Shown here: positions 60,869 through 64,000 of the stretch, in pieces
Position numbering within the stretch: position 1 is the first letter of the stretch
How the letters are laid out: each line of letters begins with the position of its first letter
NCBI GenBank assembly: GCA_036000845.1
Contig: DASYUW010000050.1
Location: 8,238-72,237, forward strand
Source of the DNA: Burkholderiales bacterium
GTDB taxonomy: Bacteria; Pseudomonadota; Gammaproteobacteria; Burkholderiales; JACQAP01
Direction: 5' to 3'
DNA: 64,000 nucleotides
The notes under the pieces: model-generated
Told to the model about the DNA's origin: nothing
Database searches by the model: none
The model's input: only the letters and a program-made list of their open reading frames with translations
Position numbers and translations under genes: made by a program

Positions 60869-62179
60869 CATTGAGAAATACTCGAACCCCGCTTCCCGCA
60901 TCAAAGCCGGATCGTACAGGTTGCGCCCGTCGAACACGATCGGCGCCTTGAGGCGTCGCTTCATGTCGTCGAGATCCGGGCTGCGAAATTCCTTCCACTC
61001 GGTGACGATGATCAGCGCGTCCGCGCCATCGAGCGCCGCCGTGGTGGACGGGGCGAAGTGCACCGCCGGTTCCTTCGCGAAGACCTGCTTTGCCTCCTTC
61101 AGCGCGACAGGATCATAGACGCTCACGCTGGCGCCGCGGGCTAGCAGGCCGTTGATCACCACGCGGCTCGGCGCCTCGCGCATGTCATCGGTGTTCGGCT
61201 TGAAAGACAGGCCCCACACGGCGAACCTGCGGCCGTCGAGATGCTCACCGAAACGCATGCGCACCTTCTCCAGAATGCGCTGCTTTTGCGTGCGGTTCAC
61301 CTTCTCTACCGCATCCACAATGGTCATTTGCATGCCGTACTCGCCGGCGGTGTGCTGCAGCGCCTGGATGTCCTTGGGGAAGCACGAACCGCCGTAACCC
61401 ACGCCGGCATAAAGGAAGTGATAACCGATTCGCTGGTCGGAGCCGATTCCATGACGGACCGCCTCGATATTTGCGCCGAGTTTTTCGGCAAGATTGGCCA
61501 GCTCGTTCATGAAGGAAATACGGGTGGCGAGCATCGCGTTGGCGGCGTACTTGGCAAGTTCCGCCGACCTGAGGTCCATCACCAGAAGGCGGTCGTGATT
61601 GCGCAGGATCGGCGCGTACAGCTGGCGCATGATCTGCGTGGCGCGCTCGTCGCTGCTGCCGACCACGATGCGGTCCGGGCGCATGAAATCGTTGACCGCC
61701 GCGCCTTCCTTGAGGAACTCCGGATTGGAAACCACGCTGAACGGCAGCTTCATGCCGCGGTTCTTCAATTCCTCGTCGATCACCGCGCGAACCCGTTCCG
61801 CGGTGCCCACCGGTACCGTTGACTTGTTCACCACCACGCGATAGTCGTCCATGTAACGGCCGATGCTGCGGGCGCCGCCGAGCACGTGGCGCAGGTCCGC
61901 TGAGCCGTCCTGGTCGGCCGGCGTGCCCACGGCGATGAATTGCAGGCTGCCGTGCGCGACACTTTCCTCTACATCGGTGGTGAAGCGTAATCGACCTGCC
62001 GCGGCGTTGTGTCTGACCAGATGCTCCAGCCCTGGCTCGTAGATTGGAATGCCGCCGGTGTTGAGCGTCGCGACTTTCTGCTCATCGAGGTCGAGACAGA
62101 CCACGTCATTGCCAAGATCGGCAAAACAGGCGCCCGATACAAGTCCGACGTATCCGCTGCCGATGATGGTTATCTTCAC
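60857..62179 (-). CDS. ugd: UDP-glucose 6-dehydrogenase
   Basis: 440 aa. [20 protein letters not shown] and the catalytic GGSCFPKD. Confidence 0.95.
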   Translation of the reverse strand: MKITIIGSGYVGLVSGACFADLGNDVVCLDLDEQKVATLNTGGIPIYEPGLEHLVRHNAAAGRLRFTTDVEESVAHGSLQFIAVGTPADQDGSADLRHVLGGARSIGRYMDDYRVVVNKSTVPVGTAERVRAVIDEELKNRGMKLPFSVVSNPEFLKEGAAVNDFMRPDRIVVGSSDERATQIMRQLYAPILRNHDRLLVMDLRSAELAKYAANAMLATRISFMNELANLAEKLGANIEAVRHGIGSDQRIGYHFLYAGVGYGGSCFPKDIQALQHTAGEYGMQMTIVDAVEKVNRTQKQRILEKVRMRFGEHLDGRRFAVWGLSFKPNTDDMREAPSRVVINGLLARGASVSVYDPVALKEAKQVFAKEPAVHFAPSTTAALDGADALIIVTEWKEFRSPDLDDMKRRLKAPIVFDGRNLYDPALMREAGFEYFSMGRP

Positions 62180-62889
62180 TTACCGTTCTCCAGTGTAGCC
62201 ATTTCCGAATTGATTCGTGCCAGCACCTCAAGAGGCTGCGCTGAGCGGGTGACTGGCCGGCCGATGACCAGATAGCTCGACCCGGATTCGAGCGCTTGGC
62301 GCGGCGTCATCACGCGCATCTGGTCGCCCACCGAGTCTTCGGGCAGGCGAATTCCCGGCGTAATGCGCAGAAACGCTTCGCCCAAATGCTGACGGATCGC
62401 GCCGGCCTCGTGCGCGGCGCACACCACGCCGTCCAGGCCGCACTCCCCTGCCAGTACGGCGAGACGCAATGCTTCGTCGCGCGGCGTGGCATCGATCCCA
62501 ACTTCATGCAAATCCTTCTCCACCATGCTGGTCAGCACGGTCACGGCGATCAACCGCGGCCTGCCTGGCGCGGTCCCGATCGCGTCGCGCGCCGCCTGCA
62601 TCATCGCCCGTCCACCGAGCGCGTGCACGTTCAGCATCCACACGCCCAGACCGGTAGCCGCCTTGCATGCCTGCGCCACAGTATTCGGAATGTCGTGAAA
62701 TTTCAGATCGAGGAAGATATCGAAGCCGCGTTTCGCAAGCATTGCAACAAATTCCGGTCCTGCCGCGGTGAACAGCTCCTTTCCGACCTTGAGCCGGCAG
62801 GCCGAGGGCTGGAGGCGATCCACCAAAACCGTTGCCGACCTCGCGTCCGCGTAGTCGAGCGCGACGATGATCCGGGAACTGGTTGTCAA
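62176..62889 (-). CDS. pyrF: Orotidine-5'-phosphate decarboxylase
   Basis: RIIVALDY...LKVGKELF...[10 protein letters not shown] are the PyrF motifs. Start assigned to TTG 62889 (a TTGA overlap with the lapB stop). The longer N-terminus in the track is implausible. Confidence 0.85.
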   Translation of the reverse strand: MTTSSRIIVALDYADARSATVLVDRLQPSACRLKVGKELFTAAGPEFVAMLAKRGFDIFLDLKFHDIPNTVAQACKAATGLGVWMLNVHALGGRAMMQAARDAIGTAPGRPRLIAVTVLTSMVEKDLHEVGIDATPRDEALRLAVLAGECGLDGVVCAAHEAGAIRQHLGEAFLRITPGIRLPEDSVGDQMRVMTPRQALESGSSYLVIGRPVTRSAQPLEVLARINSEMATLENGK

Positions 62890-64000
62890 GAAGCTAGCTC
62901 CCGCTCTTCGGTGCGCCTGGGGGAGTAGGTTTCCCAGCCGTTGCAGGCTGGACAGTGCCAATAGAACTGGCGTGCCTTGAAACCACAATTGTCGCAGCAG
63001 TAAAGCGCCAGGCTCCTGGTGTGCTGGTGCACCAGGTTCTTGATCAGCTGGAGGTCCTGGCGGCGCTCGGCAGGCACCTCCAGTAGTTGGGCTTCGAGCA
63101 GCTTGTCCAGTCCCAGCAGCGTGGGATTACGCGCCAGCTCGTCGCGCACCAGGCGGTAAGCCGAATCCGCGCCGCGTTGCTCGAGCTCGCCCTCAAAAAT
63201 GGCGTTGAGCAGGTCGAGTGAAGGATAGCTGCCGAGATAGCCGCGCAGCAACTGCAGCCCGTCAGATTCCCGTCCGAGGTTGCGATAGGCAAGCAGCAGC
63301 TTGTCGGCAACCAGCGAGAAATACGCGGGATTCTGCCCCTCGATTCGTTTCCAGGCTTCGACCGCCTGTTCGTTGTTCTTCCGGGCCAGCTCGATGTCGC
63401 CAAGCAGGATGTTGGCACGGGCGCACTTTCGGTTGACGTTTAGCGCCTCCAGTAGATAGTCGCGCGCCGCCTCCCAGCGTGAATGGGTCATCTCCCCAAC
63501 GGCGAGCTCGCAGTAGAAATTGGCGATATCCACGGCGCTTGACTGGCCGACCACCGCATCCATCCTGCGCGAGGCCTCGATCGCTTTTTTCCAGTCCTTC
63601 TCCTGCTCGAAGATCTCCAGCAGGAACTTCAGCCCCTGCTGTTCATACTGCGTGCCCTGCAGCTTTCCGAACATCTCTTCGGCGCGATCGAGCAACCCGG
63701 CCTTCAGATAGTCCTGCGCCAGCTCGTACAGCGCAGTGACCTTCTGATCCGGTGCCAGATCGGGCCGGCCGAGCAGATTCTCATGCATGCGGATCGCTCG
63801 CTCCACTTCGCCGCGCCGCCGGAACAGGCTACCCAGCGCAAAATGCAGTTCGATGGTCTGCGGATCGACCTTCACCACCTCGATGAAGGCTTCGATCGCC
63901 TTGTCCGGCTGCTCATTGAGCAGGAAGTTCAGGCCCTTGAAATAGGAAAGCGGAAGCGCGCGAGATTCGGACAACAGTTGCTTGATGTCCACCCGCGCCG
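62886..64000 (-). CDS. lapB: Lipopolysaccharide assembly protein LapB (YciM), N-terminus beyond window end
   Basis: TPR repeats followed by the C-terminal rubredoxin-like [21 protein letters not shown]. The reading frame stays open to position 64000, and the N-terminal TM helix expected from E. coli LapB is missing from the window. Confidence 0.85.
   Translation of the reverse strand, partial: ARVDIKQLLSESRALPLSYFKGLNFLLNEQPDKAIEAFIEVVKVDPQTIELHFALGSLFRRRGEVERAIRMHENLLGRPDLAPDQKVTALYELAQDYLKAGLLDRAEEMFGKLQGTQYEQQGLKFLLEIFEQEKDWKKAIEASRRMDAVVGQSSAVDIANFYCELAVGEMTHSRWEAARDYLLEALNVNRKCARANILLGDIELARKNNEQAVEAWKRIEGQNPAYFSLVADKLLLAYRNLGRESDGLQLLRGYLGSYPSLDLLNAIFEGELEQRGADSAYRLVRDELARNPTLLGLDKLLEAQLLEVPAERRQDLQLIKNLVHQHTRSLALYCCDNCGFKARQFYWHCPACNGWETYSPRRTEERELAS

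Overview
GC-rich proteobacterial chromosome segment, almost fully coding. It is probably betaproteobacterial, an inference from gene content (EarP plus EF-P with Arg32, separate hldA and hldD, an XrtA locus). All calls come from reading the ORF-track translations and the DNA by eye; no searches were run. There are four blocks. (1) 1-27.2 kb is an exosortase A (XrtA)/PEP-CTERM exopolysaccharide locus in the Methylobacillus-type order epsD-E-F-G-H(xrtA)-I. It also carries two AsnB-type amidotransferases, a GT4, a CapK-like ligase, a heparinase-like protein, an O-antigen-ligase-like protein, a CPBP protease, a priming sugar transferase, an outer-membrane barrel and the LuxR-type EpsA. A decayed, repeat-ridden stretch at 20.1-22.5 kb interrupts it. 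(2) 27.6-33.2 kb holds two-component genes, an orphan lipoprotein, a DTGA aspartic protease and efp-earP. (3) 33.3-47.3 kb is an aryl-polyene/xanthomonadin-type FAS-like biosynthetic cluster with a halogenase-like flavoprotein. (4) 47.4-64 kb holds housekeeping genes (htpX, yheS, tRNA-His/Arg/Pro, dksA, tpx, tRNA-Ser, yccA, rlmD, cysM, hldD, hldA, ugd, pyrF, lapB). The structure least explained by gene calls is: (a) a set of intergenic long hairpins whose arms are arrays of degenerate 7-nt tandem repeats, with five sites and three sequence flavours; (b) a MITE with perfect 20-bp terminal inverted repeats, present twice, one copy wedged exactly between two genes; (c) gene relics (a CBM-repeat 3' end, a LuxR HTH, a ManC cupin end) inside the eps locus; (d) a tRNA-Ser flanked by partial copies of both its halves; (e) an 18-bp perfect palindrome and a related motif in eps intergenic regions; (f) a secreted two-gene module of unknown function next to the only PEP-CTERM gene. 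I found no CRISPR array, no rRNA, no intact transposase and no recognisable defence system.
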